IMG/VR virus record: IMGVR_UViG_3300005611_001698
Coordinates: 64,001-128,000 of that record
Direction: 5' to 3' (one strand)
Source of the DNA: a virus
Lineage: Duplodnaviria > Caudoviricetes
DNA: 64,000 nt
Both the position numbers and the translations under genes were made by a program. Below are positions 54,534 to 64,000 of the stretch, one piece after another; the stretch's first letter is position 1, and the number at the start of each line of letters is the position of its first letter. A model generated the notes under the pieces. It was not told the origin of the DNA. It made no database searches and saw only the letters and a program-made list of their open reading frames with translations.

Positions 54534-56356
54534 CAGCAGTTCCACGCTCTAAGGGACTTATTGATTCTGCTATCGGGATCGTTAGCAGTCTTGGCAGAAG
54601 TCAGTTTCTTCTTCATGCCTTTCATTCTTGCACAGAATGATGCACGACGAGGATTGCCAACTTTCTTTGAAGGTGCTTTGAGATCCGAACCAGGATTCTC
54701 TCGCTCATAAGACTTACGTCCTTTTTCGTTCAAACCACCTGAGGGATTCTTGCCAGACTTCTTGGTCCAAGCAGCTGCTTCACTCATATCACTTGCAGCT
54801 TCTTCTTGCTCTTTCTCACTAGCATCATCTACACTATATTTTTCCCACATCTTAGGACCATATCCACATTGACTCTTGGTTTCTTTTTTCTTACAGAGTC
54901 TACAATATTTTTTTTCGGAATCAGACTCCTCTTGCATATGCATGTCAGTATTGCCACCTTTTTGAACTGCTTTTTGTTGCAGTTGAAGTTTTTGGCGATT
55001 AAGAACTAATTGCTTTCTTTGGATTGCCTGTTTTTGCTTATCCTCTTGTTCCGTTTGCTCACTTACTCTAATCAATGGTTGAGTTGGATCAACCGTAGAC
55101 TTCATATATTGAGTCACACGGGCATCAGGATAAATCTTTTGAACAGCATCAGTGACTTCTTGCTTAGATGGAATACTTAAACTTGGGAAAAACAGTTGCA
55201 TCATATAAAACTTTCCTCTGAAAGTGAGGAAAACTCTCATCAACTGACCATTTTCACGGGGAACCGTAACAGCCTCAATGACATTTGAACTATCTGCTTG
55301 TCCAGATACATTTTCAACCTCCTCTTTCTCGCAGCGGTTGTAAGTCTTACCAAAGAGTTTCTGTGTGCCTACTTTCTTATAACCTTTCCAGCACTTTTTC
55401 CCTGCCTCGTTAATCTCAATAGCACCAATTGATTCCAGAGCAGCGATCTGTGAGGGCGTGAACCCCTCTTTCTTGGTTTTATTGCCCCAACTATCGGCAC
55501 CGACTTTACGGCACTTTACAAGGGCACCAGAGGCATATGCAGAAGGCCATACTTTATAACGTGATTTGACCTTATGGTAACAAGCGTCTTTTTCCTCTCC
55601 ATAATGAAACTTTCTATCTTTTGTTTTTGTTGGAAGTTTACCACTTCTTACTTTTGTTGAAGAAGTTTCACCATATCCCTCAGGATGTTTACCAACTTTT
55701 GTTTTTCCAATGTTATCTGATTTTGCTTTACTCCCTTTTTCGGTATAATGCAACTTTGCTGGTTTATCTTTATCCTTTGTAATCACGGATTCCTGACCAT
55801 GTTTTCTACCAAGACGACGCATCACTTTTCCAAAACGCCTCTTTGACATTCCTTTTCCAGGACTGGTATGGTATGAAACTTCTCTTCCTGTTTCTCCGCT
55901 ACCATACTTATATTCACCTACACCTTTTTTATATCCAATACCATGTTTTTTTAGATCTTTTTCTAATCCCTTCCTCTTGGCACGATTTGCCTTTTCGTCA
56001 GACCCTCTATCTGCGGAAATGTGTCCAGTAGTTTGAGTCTTGGATTTGCTCATCGCTCTTGCAAGACCACCTTCTTGTACAAATTCTTCTGTCTTCACGT
56101 TGATTGCCTTCCCTGATCTTTCTGGATTTGGATCTTGACGATTCTTTCGACGAAATGCTCTCTCCTCTTCATCCTTAGAAAGATTGCGTTTCATCTTACT
56201 TGAACCACACTTTGGTTTAGTTGTTTGTCCTGGTTGCTTAGCACATGGTTTACCAGCATATTTGCCGCCAAGTTGAACCCAACCAGGTTTGCCATCAGAA
56301 GACTTACTCTTGCCAAACCAATCATGTAAAGAGGAGTCGCCGCTCTTGTTCGCCAT
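54533..56356 (-). CDS. Modular basic polyprotein-like protein
   Basis: Several basic modules separated by Glu-ending linkers; TATAAATA 56378-56385. Confidence 0.75.
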   Translation of the reverse strand: MANKSGDSSLHDWFGKSKSSDGKPGWVQLGGKYAGKPCAKQPGQTTKPKCGSSKMKRNLSKDEEERAFRRKNRQDPNPERSGKAINVKTEEFVQEGGLARAMSKSKTQTTGHISADRGSDEKANRAKRKGLEKDLKKHGIGYKKGVGEYKYGSGETGREVSYHTSPGKGMSKRRFGKVMRRLGRKHGQESVITKDKDKPAKLHYTEKGSKAKSDNIGKTKVGKHPEGYGETSSTKVRSGKLPTKTKDRKFHYGEEKDACYHKVKSRYKVWPSAYASGALVKCRKVGADSWGNKTKKEGFTPSQIAALESIGAIEINEAGKKCWKGYKKVGTQKLFGKTYNRCEKEEVENVSGQADSSNVIEAVTVPRENGQLMRVFLTFRGKFYMMQLFFPSLSIPSKQEVTDAVQKIYPDARVTQYMKSTVDPTQPLIRVSEQTEQEDKQKQAIQRKQLVLNRQKLQLQQKAVQKGGNTDMHMQEESDSEKKYCRLCKKKETKSQCGYGPKMWEKYSVDDASEKEQEEAASDMSEAAAWTKKSGKNPSGGLNEKGRKSYERENPGSDLKAPSKKVGNPRRASFCARMKGMKKKLTSAKTANDPDSRINKSLRAWNC

Positions 56357-56380
56357 TCCTAGAAGAGAGTCTCTTTTTAT

Positions 56381-58111
56381 TTATACTTCTATGGCAGTAA
56401 AGACAGTTTTGAAAGTGGTTTGAGCACCAGATGCTGGATATCCAATCAATCTCAAAGATCCACCATTAATATCTGTTGAGAAAGTTGCTACTCCTACCGG
56501 TTGATTTATAGTTCCATATTCAGACATGTATGTAGTTGTTCCGTCATGTATCACACTAATAGTGGTTGAATTATAATTTGTACCCTCAGTTACTTGAATC
56601 TGATAGTTAACAGATCTATAAGTAGAAGCACTGATCGACATTACAACTGCTGGCCCAGTTGAATTTGTTGTTAAAACACCAGACTGAATATCACCAGCAA
56701 TGAGTTCTAAATTTGTTGCAGATACTGGCGCAAAAGTAAACTCAGAAGAAGATGCATCATACCTTAAAAATCTACCATCTCCAAGGTTTGAAGAGTTTAC
56801 ATCAGTCAAACTAATCAAAGTGGATGATCCACTTAATGCAGTGCTGGCAATACCAACCCATTTAGAATTTGTCTGATCGTAAATAAGAAGTTTGTTATTG
56901 CCTGTTGCTCCGTCAAATTCAACATCATCAAGATCTTTGATAAATCCTGCTCCGCCGCCACCCATTGTTGACAGTTGAGTCTGAACTCTGTTTATGAAAA
57001 TTCTATAATGCTCTGCCAGATCTTTTAGTGTGGCAAACTTTTGATCCATTGGGGTGAGTGGATCTTGTCCTGTTCCGATGTTTTCTGGTTCATCTGGTGG
57101 TTCCGTTAGGAGATAGTTCTCCTGTAAGTCCTCAATCCTTTCCTGCTTTATTTGAATCTGTTCAACGATCTCTCTTAAACTTTCAAAGTTTTTGAGATCC
57201 TCTTTTATCTTATTGATATCTTCTTCATAATATTTTGGTTTTGGTAAACCATTGAGTTTATTTTTGAGAGAATCTACTTCAACATCAATTTTATTTCCAA
57301 CATACTCAAATTTTTTATTTAAAGATTCTTCAATCCTTTTTACAGTCTCAGCAGTTACATCTGATACATCATCTATCTTATTATTAACTTGATCTGTTAT
57401 AACGATTTCAAACTCTTTTTGATTATCTTTAAGTTTCTTTTGGAGTTTCCAAATAATTTCAGATTGTTCTTTCAGTTGATTGAAAATCTGTTCTTTAAGA
57501 GTTCCAACTCTATCATGGATATTTTTAAAGTCCGTTTTGGATTCAAAAGCAAAAACTTCTTTTTCTTCTTCAATTCTGTTTAACTCATCTTGAATACGGG
57601 AAGAAATAGTTTCTACACAATCTTCAACTATCTTAAATCGCTCATCAACTGTATTGAAAGTTTGCCCAACCCATGTAAAATCAGGAACTTCTGTGACTTT
57701 ATCGATCCAGGATGGAAGTGAAGGAATCGATTGTTTTACTAACTGTATAGATTCTTTGATTATTTCAAGTTCTTCCTCATAATATCTTACCTCTGGAACA
57801 ACTGGAATAGATGCTTTTATATCATCAATAATCTCACAAATTGCTTCAAGTTCTTTGTCATATGTTTTTATTTCAGGTATTTCTGGAATATTTTCGCGGA
57901 CATTATTGATTAGACGTAAAAGTTCTCCCCATTCTGGTGCCTTAACAACATCAGATATTTCAATGCTGGGATTGCCATCAAGATCGTCAATAACTTGAAT
58001 ATCTTCTTCTACACTCTCTTCCTGCAAATATTCTTCAACCGAAGGAAGTAACACGGTTTGCCCAACGATATCTTCAATAGATGGTAATTCGTTACTATGC
58101 TTTTGGGGCAT
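56381..58111 (-). CDS. Long coiled-coil protein with C-terminal beta domain, probable virion fibre
   Basis: P.(I/V/P)(K/R)(T/Y)Y.E repeats, GGGG hinge, LxDV repeats. Confidence 0.7.
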   Translation of the reverse strand: MPQKHSNELPSIEDIVGQTVLLPSVEEYLQEESVEEDIQVIDDLDGNPSIEISDVVKAPEWGELLRLINNVRENIPEIPEIKTYDKELEAICEIIDDIKASIPVVPEVRYYEEELEIIKESIQLVKQSIPSLPSWIDKVTEVPDFTWVGQTFNTVDERFKIVEDCVETISSRIQDELNRIEEEKEVFAFESKTDFKNIHDRVGTLKEQIFNQLKEQSEIIWKLQKKLKDNQKEFEIVITDQVNNKIDDVSDVTAETVKRIEESLNKKFEYVGNKIDVEVDSLKNKLNGLPKPKYYEEDINKIKEDLKNFESLREIVEQIQIKQERIEDLQENYLLTEPPDEPENIGTGQDPLTPMDQKFATLKDLAEHYRIFINRVQTQLSTMGGGGAGFIKDLDDVEFDGATGNNKLLIYDQTNSKWVGIASTALSGSSTLISLTDVNSSNLGDGRFLRYDASSSEFTFAPVSATNLELIAGDIQSGVLTTNSTGPAVVMSISASTYRSVNYQIQVTEGTNYNSTTISVIHDGTTTYMSEYGTINQPVGVATFSTDINGGSLRLIGYPASGAQTTFKTVFTAIEV

Positions 58112-58128
58112 TTTAATCACAGTTTTAT

Positions 58129-58545
58129 CTATTTATTTTGTGACTTTTGTGCATCTTTTAACATCTTTGTAAGATCGGCAGTTGATCCCACAAATAAAGC
58201 ATTTGTGACATTTGTTGGACCTTTTGGAATATCTTCCTCAACATCTTTCAGTTTCTTTTGAAGATCCATCAGTTTATCTGTTGCATCAGAAACACTCTTA
58301 ATCAACTGACCAGCAACCTCATATGCTCTTGGCATTTCACTTTCTTGTGCAAGTTCAAGAATACCATTAATAGCCTCCTGTCCTTTTTCAATGATGCTAT
58401 AAAGATTACCTCTGGTGTATTCATAATCTTTTCTAACATCAGATCGATCTGAGTTAGCTTCTGGTTTTTTTATTTTAACATCCTTTGTTGCCGCTACTAT
58501 TTCAGTGGCGACATCAAATGTTTGATCTAGGTCATCAAATTTCAT
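58129..58545 (-). CDS. gp16: Terminase small subunit gp16
   Basis: DYEYTR.NL, PRAYEVAG, NALFVGST. Confidence 0.95.
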   Translation of the reverse strand: MKFDDLDQTFDVATEIVAATKDVKIKKPEANSDRSDVRKDYEYTRGNLYSIIEKGQEAINGILELAQESEMPRAYEVAGQLIKSVSDATDKLMDLQKKLKDVEEDIPKGPTNVTNALFVGSTADLTKMLKDAQKSQNK

Positions 58546-59570
58546 TAGTCTGCACTAAAATCTTGGAAGAAAGAAACAGTTTCATTGAAACCGAAGTCAT
58601 CTCCAACTTCAATGAGAGCATCATCAGCACTGTTCAGAATATTAACACCAGATCCTTTAACATGATCCACAGCGATTGTTCCATCTTTACCTCTCTGAAC
58701 CTTGATGTTGTTACCAGTGATGGATTCAATAAACATTTCTTCATCATTGATAGTAATATAGGTCTCCTCTGTAAATGGAGATGTATCTGTAAGAGTTAGA
58801 ATAGTCTCAGTGCTTTCAATATCTTCATCAAGGAATGCAGATGCATCACCAACATAATTTTGTGTTGCTCTTGGTGTTACAGTATAACGAAGTTCTCTTC
58901 TAGGATTCTTTGTATCTAAGTTAGTCATATAATCAAGAGTAGCTCTCTTAATAATACCAGCACTTTGATCAGGAACAGGACCGAACAGATAAGTCTTGGC
59001 AGTAAATCTTAAAGTATAAATCAGTGCCCTTCTTGTGGAAAAATCTCCTTCATAATCATCAGTAAAATTTACTGAATCTAAAACGATTGGAATATCTCTT
59101 TTTTCGTTTATTTCTCCAACGAGAGTTACAGTAACGTTATATGATGGTTGAAAATATGGAAGAATTTGTTCAACAATTTGCAATGCGTCATCATTCAACT
59201 TAGTCATAATACTAAGTTGAAAATCCATATTATATGGAACTGGCATATATGCTTTTTTAACCGTTGATCCAGAATCAACTTTTTTTGATAAAAATGTTTG
59301 AGTTTGAGAAACTTTTCTTGAAGGATCGTATGTCAAACCAGTAAACTCGAATGACATCCTTGGAAGAGTTAAAGATGTTGCTTTATTGAGATCTGCTTGC
59401 TGTTCAAGACGTGCCAAAAACTTCTGAGTTGGACCATAAGCCAAAGGAACTTTCATCACGCTAACAGTATTATCGCTACCGTCAGTATGTTTGATTGTGA
59501 TGTTATTAAATAAAGTTCCAAAGGCAATAACAGTCCTTCTTAGAACCTCATTGTAAAAATATTCAAACAT
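58545..59570 (-). CDS. gp15: Tail sheath stabiliser gp15
   Basis: YFYNE, FGTLFN, VPLAYGP.QKF, LPRMSFE, EQILPYFQP. Confidence 0.95.
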   Translation of the reverse strand: MFEYFYNEVLRRTVIAFGTLFNNITIKHTDGSDNTVSVMKVPLAYGPTQKFLARLEQQADLNKATSLTLPRMSFEFTGLTYDPSRKVSQTQTFLSKKVDSGSTVKKAYMPVPYNMDFQLSIMTKLNDDALQIVEQILPYFQPSYNVTVTLVGEINEKRDIPIVLDSVNFTDDYEGDFSTRRALIYTLRFTAKTYLFGPVPDQSAGIIKRATLDYMTNLDTKNPRRELRYTVTPRATQNYVGDASAFLDEDIESTETILTLTDTSPFTEETYITINDEEMFIESITGNNIKVQRGKDGTIAVDHVKGSGVNILNSADDALIEVGDDFGFNETVSFFQDFSAD

Positions 59571-59607
59571 TTTAACTTATTAAATCTATGTTAACTATTT
59601 AACACTT

Positions 59608-60972
59608 TTATGCTTCGCCAAATGGATTTCTTTGAGTCCAATCAACAATTTCATCTGCTTCTCTTTGAATATTGTCATTATCCGCAAATGTATCTAATAA
59701 ATCATCCGTATTGGTATTCTTCAATGTATAAACCGCACCAGAGTCTGCCCCAGTGATAGATTCGCCATAAGTAAAGGTTCCAGTTGCAATAGTAACTCTA
59801 AGTGTATTGTTCGAAGAGTTCCATTCTTTGACTCTTGCCTGAGTTCCAGATGTTCCACCAGTGACAATTTCATTGAAGATAAAGTCTCCTGAACCAATCA
59901 ATGATGGATCGCTGATTGTAATCGTTGGAGAAATTGTATATCCATAACCAGCATTTGAGATTCTGATTGCTGTCACAGTTCCAGCAGAACTTACAATTGC
60001 CTCGCCAAGAGCAGTTACACCAGTACCAGGAGAACTAAACGTAACTGTTGGAGTTGTTGAATATCCAGCACCACCACTAGTAATTGTTAAGATGCCGACA
60101 CCACCTGTGGTGGCAATGCCCACCGTTGCAGCAGCACCTGCTCCTCCGCCACCAACAAATGCCACAGATGGTGGCACTGTATATCCAGATCCAGGATTAG
60201 TGAGAACAACACTATCAAGTGAATATGCTGTTGCAAATCCAGTTCTGGATGTTGTGATAGCAACAGCAGTTGCATTAATTCCAGGAGAGGAAGAAATTGC
60301 AACTATTGGTGTTGATGTATATCCTTGACCTCTATTTGTCAGACTAATAAACTGGATGCCACCATTTACAAACGTAGCAGTTGCAGTTGCAGTTGATCCA
60401 ATTCCAAGGAGAGTAAGGGTCTCAGAGTATCCAGCATCTTTTGTGCTGTCATCGATTTCATCAACGCCAGTATCGATGACCTCATCTTCATAGCGGAAGA
60501 CTTCACATCTCAGTTCATAGGTATAAAGTTTTTGTAGTTGATAGAAAGGATCAGCACGTTCTACAAACTTGATCTCATACAATCTATCGTCAAGTGGAAA
60601 ATATATTAAATCTCCTTCTTTTGGTCGTGTTACCAACTCAACATTTGATTCATTTTTCATCAAAGGTTGAATATATGTCTCCCACCTATCTTTTGAAATG
60701 ACAAGAGTAATATCTTCCTGTGCCTGAACACCAAACCTTGACATCAAAATGCCAGCACCCTCATAAGCATCTGATTTTACATATGCCTCAATGGGATATG
60801 CATCATCAAATTTTGATTGAATAACCTCTTTGATGATTGTATTTTTCGTTAAATACTTTCTTGGAATATAATGAACATCGACTCCATACATGCGAAGTTG
60901 TTCGTTGATCAGATCTTGAACAAGACTCTGCTCACCTCTGGTTCCTTGTGAAAAGTAGGGATTTAAAGCCAT
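59608..60972 (-). CDS. gp14: Neck protein gp14 with internal Gly/Thr-rich repeats
   Basis: EQ.LVQDLI.E, RPKEGDLIYFP, NPFGE. Confidence 0.93.
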   Translation of the reverse strand: MALNPYFSQGTRGEQSLVQDLINEQLRMYGVDVHYIPRKYLTKNTIIKEVIQSKFDDAYPIEAYVKSDAYEGAGILMSRFGVQAQEDITLVISKDRWETYIQPLMKNESNVELVTRPKEGDLIYFPLDDRLYEIKFVERADPFYQLQKLYTYELRCEVFRYEDEVIDTGVDEIDDSTKDAGYSETLTLLGIGSTATATATFVNGGIQFISLTNRGQGYTSTPIVAISSSPGINATAVAITTSRTGFATAYSLDSVVLTNPGSGYTVPPSVAFVGGGGAGAAATVGIATTGGVGILTITSGGAGYSTTPTVTFSSPGTGVTALGEAIVSSAGTVTAIRISNAGYGYTISPTITISDPSLIGSGDFIFNEIVTGGTSGTQARVKEWNSSNNTLRVTIATGTFTYGESITGADSGAVYTLKNTNTDDLLDTFADNDNIQREADEIVDWTQRNPFGEA

Positions 60973-61817
60973 TATCCGATAAGATCAAGAGGTGGGATTT
61001 CGTAAGTAGATAACATCTGATCTTGTATTTCTTTCAGTTCAAGAACAGCATCGTCATATATCTGTCTTCCATTAAGTTCAATACCACCAGGTAACTTGAC
61101 TCCTTGAAACTTAATCAAGTTTTGTCCCCATTGTTTTTTCATGGTAGTAGTCAAATATTTTTTAATAAATCTATCGTTATATACTTTGGTATTATCGTTG
61201 GGATCGAGAACACGCCAACAATCAATAATAATATAATCGCCAGCAGCAAAGTCTGACCAGTCCGCATCAATATAAAGTCTTTGTTGTCTAATATTAAATC
61301 TTATCTGTTTTAGTGGATTTAATAAGAAATCAATATCTTCTAACTTTGTCTTGACCATTGCATATGACAACAGTTCAAGAGAATCAAAGAAATACACATC
61401 ATTCAGCATCAACTGATATTTTACATTGAACATTCCAGAACTCATCGTTTGAGTTCCTGGAAATCTATAAATCTTATTGACTCCAATGATGGAATCTGGA
61501 AGTGGAATATAATTGCCGTTTTCTTGGTAAGCAAAAGAAGATGTATTACCAACTGTTTGCGTTACTGTGGTTGTTGTGATGCCAACTGCCCCACCATCTC
61601 CTGCTGGTGCTCTACCTCTATTGATATCATCCTGAGTAATTTGATATCTCAGGGGCATTTGCATGACACCATCATAGTGTCTCTCTTGAAAATATTGAAT
61701 AGCATCATCCACCAGATCATCGATCTGTTCATCTGCAATATTGATTTCTAATACTGGTGCGCCAAGTTGCCTAAGGCAATAATCGATAAGACCTTGACGA
61801 TTTGATGGTTGAGACAT
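60972..61817 (-). CDS. gp13: Neck protein gp13
   Basis: YCLRQLGAPVLEIN, QWGQNL.KF.GV.LPGG..LNG. Confidence 0.95.
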   Translation of the reverse strand: MSQPSNRQGLIDYCLRQLGAPVLEINIADEQIDDLVDDAIQYFQERHYDGVMQMPLRYQITQDDINRGRAPAGDGGAVGITTTTVTQTVGNTSSFAYQENGNYIPLPDSIIGVNKIYRFPGTQTMSSGMFNVKYQLMLNDVYFFDSLELLSYAMVKTKLEDIDFLLNPLKQIRFNIRQQRLYIDADWSDFAAGDYIIIDCWRVLDPNDNTKVYNDRFIKKYLTTTMKKQWGQNLIKFQGVKLPGGIELNGRQIYDDAVLELKEIQDQMLSTYEIPPLDLIG

Positions 61818-61839
61818 ATTATAAGTCCTCCTGATCTAT

Positions 61840-62226
61840 TTAGACAGAGGATGTAACTCCTGCCCTGACCATTACATCTCCTTCAACAATTCTGTAAACT
61901 GTTGTACCACTATTGACAAGAACATCGTATTTGTATCTACCCTCTTTTAACCCAATTGTATTAGCAGCAGAAAGTCCAAGAGTAAGATTTGGATCAGATC
62001 CTGTTGTTCCCAGGCTGACGTTAAAAGATCTCAAAGCATACAATGATGATCCGATACTTACGGACTTAGTTAAACTTGCCGCACCAGAATATCCAGTGAA
62101 ATTAAATGCTGTTCCACCAATTGTTGTTACCGAATAATTGGCAACAAAACTAGCACCAGTAGAAATAACTTGATTTACTGCTTGGGCAACCCCAGAATTG
62201 GGGTCAAAGGTAAAACTAGCGTCCAT
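61840..62226 (-). CDS. Hypothetical virion-associated beta-sandwich protein
   Basis: L.EGRY.YDV...RIVEG motif. Confidence 0.7.
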   Translation of the reverse strand: MDASFTFDPNSGVAQAVNQVISTGASFVANYSVTTIGGTAFNFTGYSGAASLTKSVSIGSSLYALRSFNVSLGTTGSDPNLTLGLSAANTIGLKEGRYKYDVLVNSGTTVYRIVEGDVMVRAGVTSSV

Positions 62227-62438
62227 TATTTTTCTGCGAGTTTGAGTAAAAGTTCTTTAATCGTTGACATATCTTCCTTTAAGGAATTTATGTCATCTTT
62301 CATATCTAGTATTTCTTGTGACTCAGCTTCGTTTTTTGCCTTATTGATCAGGTAGTTGTTATAGGCGTTACCGTTTGTATTGACGATAGCGCCAGTATTC
62401 ATATCACGTCTGAGATTTGGGTGTCCTTCAACTTTCAT
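62226..62438 (-). CDS. Small conserved hypothetical protein
   Basis: KVEGHPNL.RD..TGAIVN plus coiled coil. Confidence 0.75.
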   Translation of the reverse strand: MKVEGHPNLRRDMNTGAIVNTNGNAYNNYLINKAKNEAESQEILDMKDDINSLKEDMSTIKELLLKLAEK

Positions 62439-62439
62439 T

Positions 62440-64000
62440 TTATCTCACTGCAATGGCACGAAGATTTTTGATAATCGGTGGTTTAGCCTGATTTGTGCCT
62501 GTCATAATAATCTTCAATTGGAATCCAGTAAACTCTGGAAGGTCATCAACAAAGAACTCATATTCTTTATATTGTCCAGGATTACTTGGAGTTACAAATG
62601 TATTTGAAAGTCCAGTATTGTTTGCCGGATCAATCACATTTCCAAGATCATCGATGTTACTGTATCCAGGGAAAAGATTATATGGAGTTGAATCAATATC
62701 ACTATCATTAGTAAAGATTTTATAGAGAACTCTAATCTCAGCAGTTTCATCTCTATAAGCATCTAGAAGAACTTTGATTGAGTTTGCTGGATTTGCCAAA
62801 TCAACTTTCTTAGTAATATAAATCGCAGCATTAGGATCATCACCTGTGACTCTAACTCTATTATCCTGAGTAAAATCAGAAATAGGTTCATTGAGTCTAT
62901 TTGAGGTTAAGATCATGTTAACTCTATCAAGATCAACTGCTGGTGAAACAAATGAGTTATTAGAGAAAAATTCAAGATCGAGAGTAAATGATTTATTGCC
63001 AGGAAGATCATTCAAAAGAACATCTTCATTTTTCTTTGATGCAAGGAGTCTTGGAGTAGAAAGATCATTTGGAACTCCAAGAGAAATGCTCTCATAACCT
63101 TGATCAGCAAATGACTGTTCGTTGCCATTAACACTTGTTCCACTAACTGTTCTTACACTTGCATTAAGAGTTGTTCCAGTTAACTTCAAGTTTTGTACAT
63201 TTGGAGTAATAGTTTCAAACTGAATATTATTTCCACCAGTTACTTTATCGCCACCAACTTTTTTGGTTGAGTTAAATCCAAGTTTGGGGAAAGATGTATT
63301 AACTGATCTGTCAATACCATTGCTAGACATATCAACCTTAATTGCATATGAATCAAGAGTTCTTGGATTGGGAACAGTTGCATCACTAAGAGTATGATCA
63401 CGATTGATTCTTCTAAGAGAAACGCCATTTAACTCATACTTTGCAATCAAATCACCAGAGTTATGCAAGAATGATCCTTTGTTATCAATATTTCGTGAAA
63501 TTCCAGTAAGGGCATTACCACTAAGTCCAGTATAAGAAATAATCTCATTACCAATGAGAGCATATCCTGGATTTGTTGTACCAACACCAACATTTTCAAA
63601 AGTATCAAACTTGGCAGTATTTGCAAGTCCAATATTACCAGTTGATGTTGCATCAATGTCAGCACTAATGCTGGTTGGTCTCATATCTGGTTTAATGTTG
63701 GAAATTGTAACACCATTTGTTCCAGAGTACATCGCATGATTTCTATGACGAACTTTAAAGTGAAGTCCATCAAAACTAGAATTTACGGTTACCGAGTCAG
63801 CAGCGATTCCAGTCAAAGTTGTAGTAGCACCAGTTGACTGATCAATATATGCCATAGTTGCCGCAACACCAGTGTTAAAGTCACCTTGAATACCATCAAG
63901 AACGACGGCATTAATCGCAGAGATTATACCAACACTAAATCTTGCATTTCTTCCAAGAGTTGTACTTCCTAGTGTCGTGATTCCAAGTTCATCTCCAACT
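62440..64000 (-). CDS. Large virion structural protein, C-terminal part (5' end outside window)
   Basis: Frame remains open from 63855 to the window edge; SP.VD..R, F.GFQLKI.M...P..KNLRAIA C-terminus. Confidence 0.85.
   Translation of the reverse strand, partial: VGDELGITTLGSTTLGRNARFSVGIISAINAVVLDGIQGDFNTGVAATMAYIDQSTGATTTLTGIAADSVTVNSSFDGLHFKVRHRNHAMYSGTNGVTISNIKPDMRPTSISADIDATSTGNIGLANTAKFDTFENVGVGTTNPGYALIGNEIISYTGLSGNALTGISRNIDNKGSFLHNSGDLIAKYELNGVSLRRINRDHTLSDATVPNPRTLDSYAIKVDMSSNGIDRSVNTSFPKLGFNSTKKVGGDKVTGGNNIQFETITPNVQNLKLTGTTLNASVRTVSGTSVNGNEQSFADQGYESISLGVPNDLSTPRLLASKKNEDVLLNDLPGNKSFTLDLEFFSNNSFVSPAVDLDRVNMILTSNRLNEPISDFTQDNRVRVTGDDPNAAIYITKKVDLANPANSIKVLLDAYRDETAEIRVLYKIFTNDSDIDSTPYNLFPGYSNIDDLGNVIDPANNTGLSNTFVTPSNPGQYKEYEFFVDDLPEFTGFQLKIIMTGTNQAKPPIIKNLRAIAVR

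Noticed and set aside
1-64000. CRISPR array, integrase/att site, photosynthesis genes, alternative genetic code
   Set aside because: No regularly spaced repeats, no recombinase, no psbA/hli-like ORFs; genes tile densely under the standard code

Overview
64 kb of a T4-like cyanomyovirus (Kyanoviridae-type, probably Synechococcus-infecting), almost all coded on the minus strand. Read right to left it holds: a large virion protein, neck/tail-completion/terminase genes (g13-g17) with inserted cyanophage-specific genes, tail and head genes (g18-g23, g3), uvsY/uvsW/g55/g47/g46, a VWA + MoxR-AAA (cobS-like) pair flanking denV-like and speD genes, the replisome block (g45, g44, dam, g62, regA, hsp20, g43, uvsX, g41, mazG), putative internal-head proteins, g61, nrdA/nrdB, a cluster of secreted/membrane genes with a lysozyme, and an HNH gene overlapping tRNA-Arg(UCU). 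The most notable unexplained signals are: (1) three ORF-less 'late promoter - short RNA - terminator' cassettes after g23, regA and the hsp20 operon, one nearly complementary to the conserved motif of the host sRNA Yfr1; (2) a ROSE-like RNA thermometer before phage hsp20; (3) two diverged paralogues of an uncharacterised WNPxDI...GxSLK nuclease-like family, one flanked by a duplicated terminator; (4) hairpins containing late promoters in front of two nuclease genes; (5) modular basic polyproteins punctuated by gp21-type (V/I/L)xE linkers. All calls come from reading the sequence and recalling family motifs; no database searches or folding programs were run.
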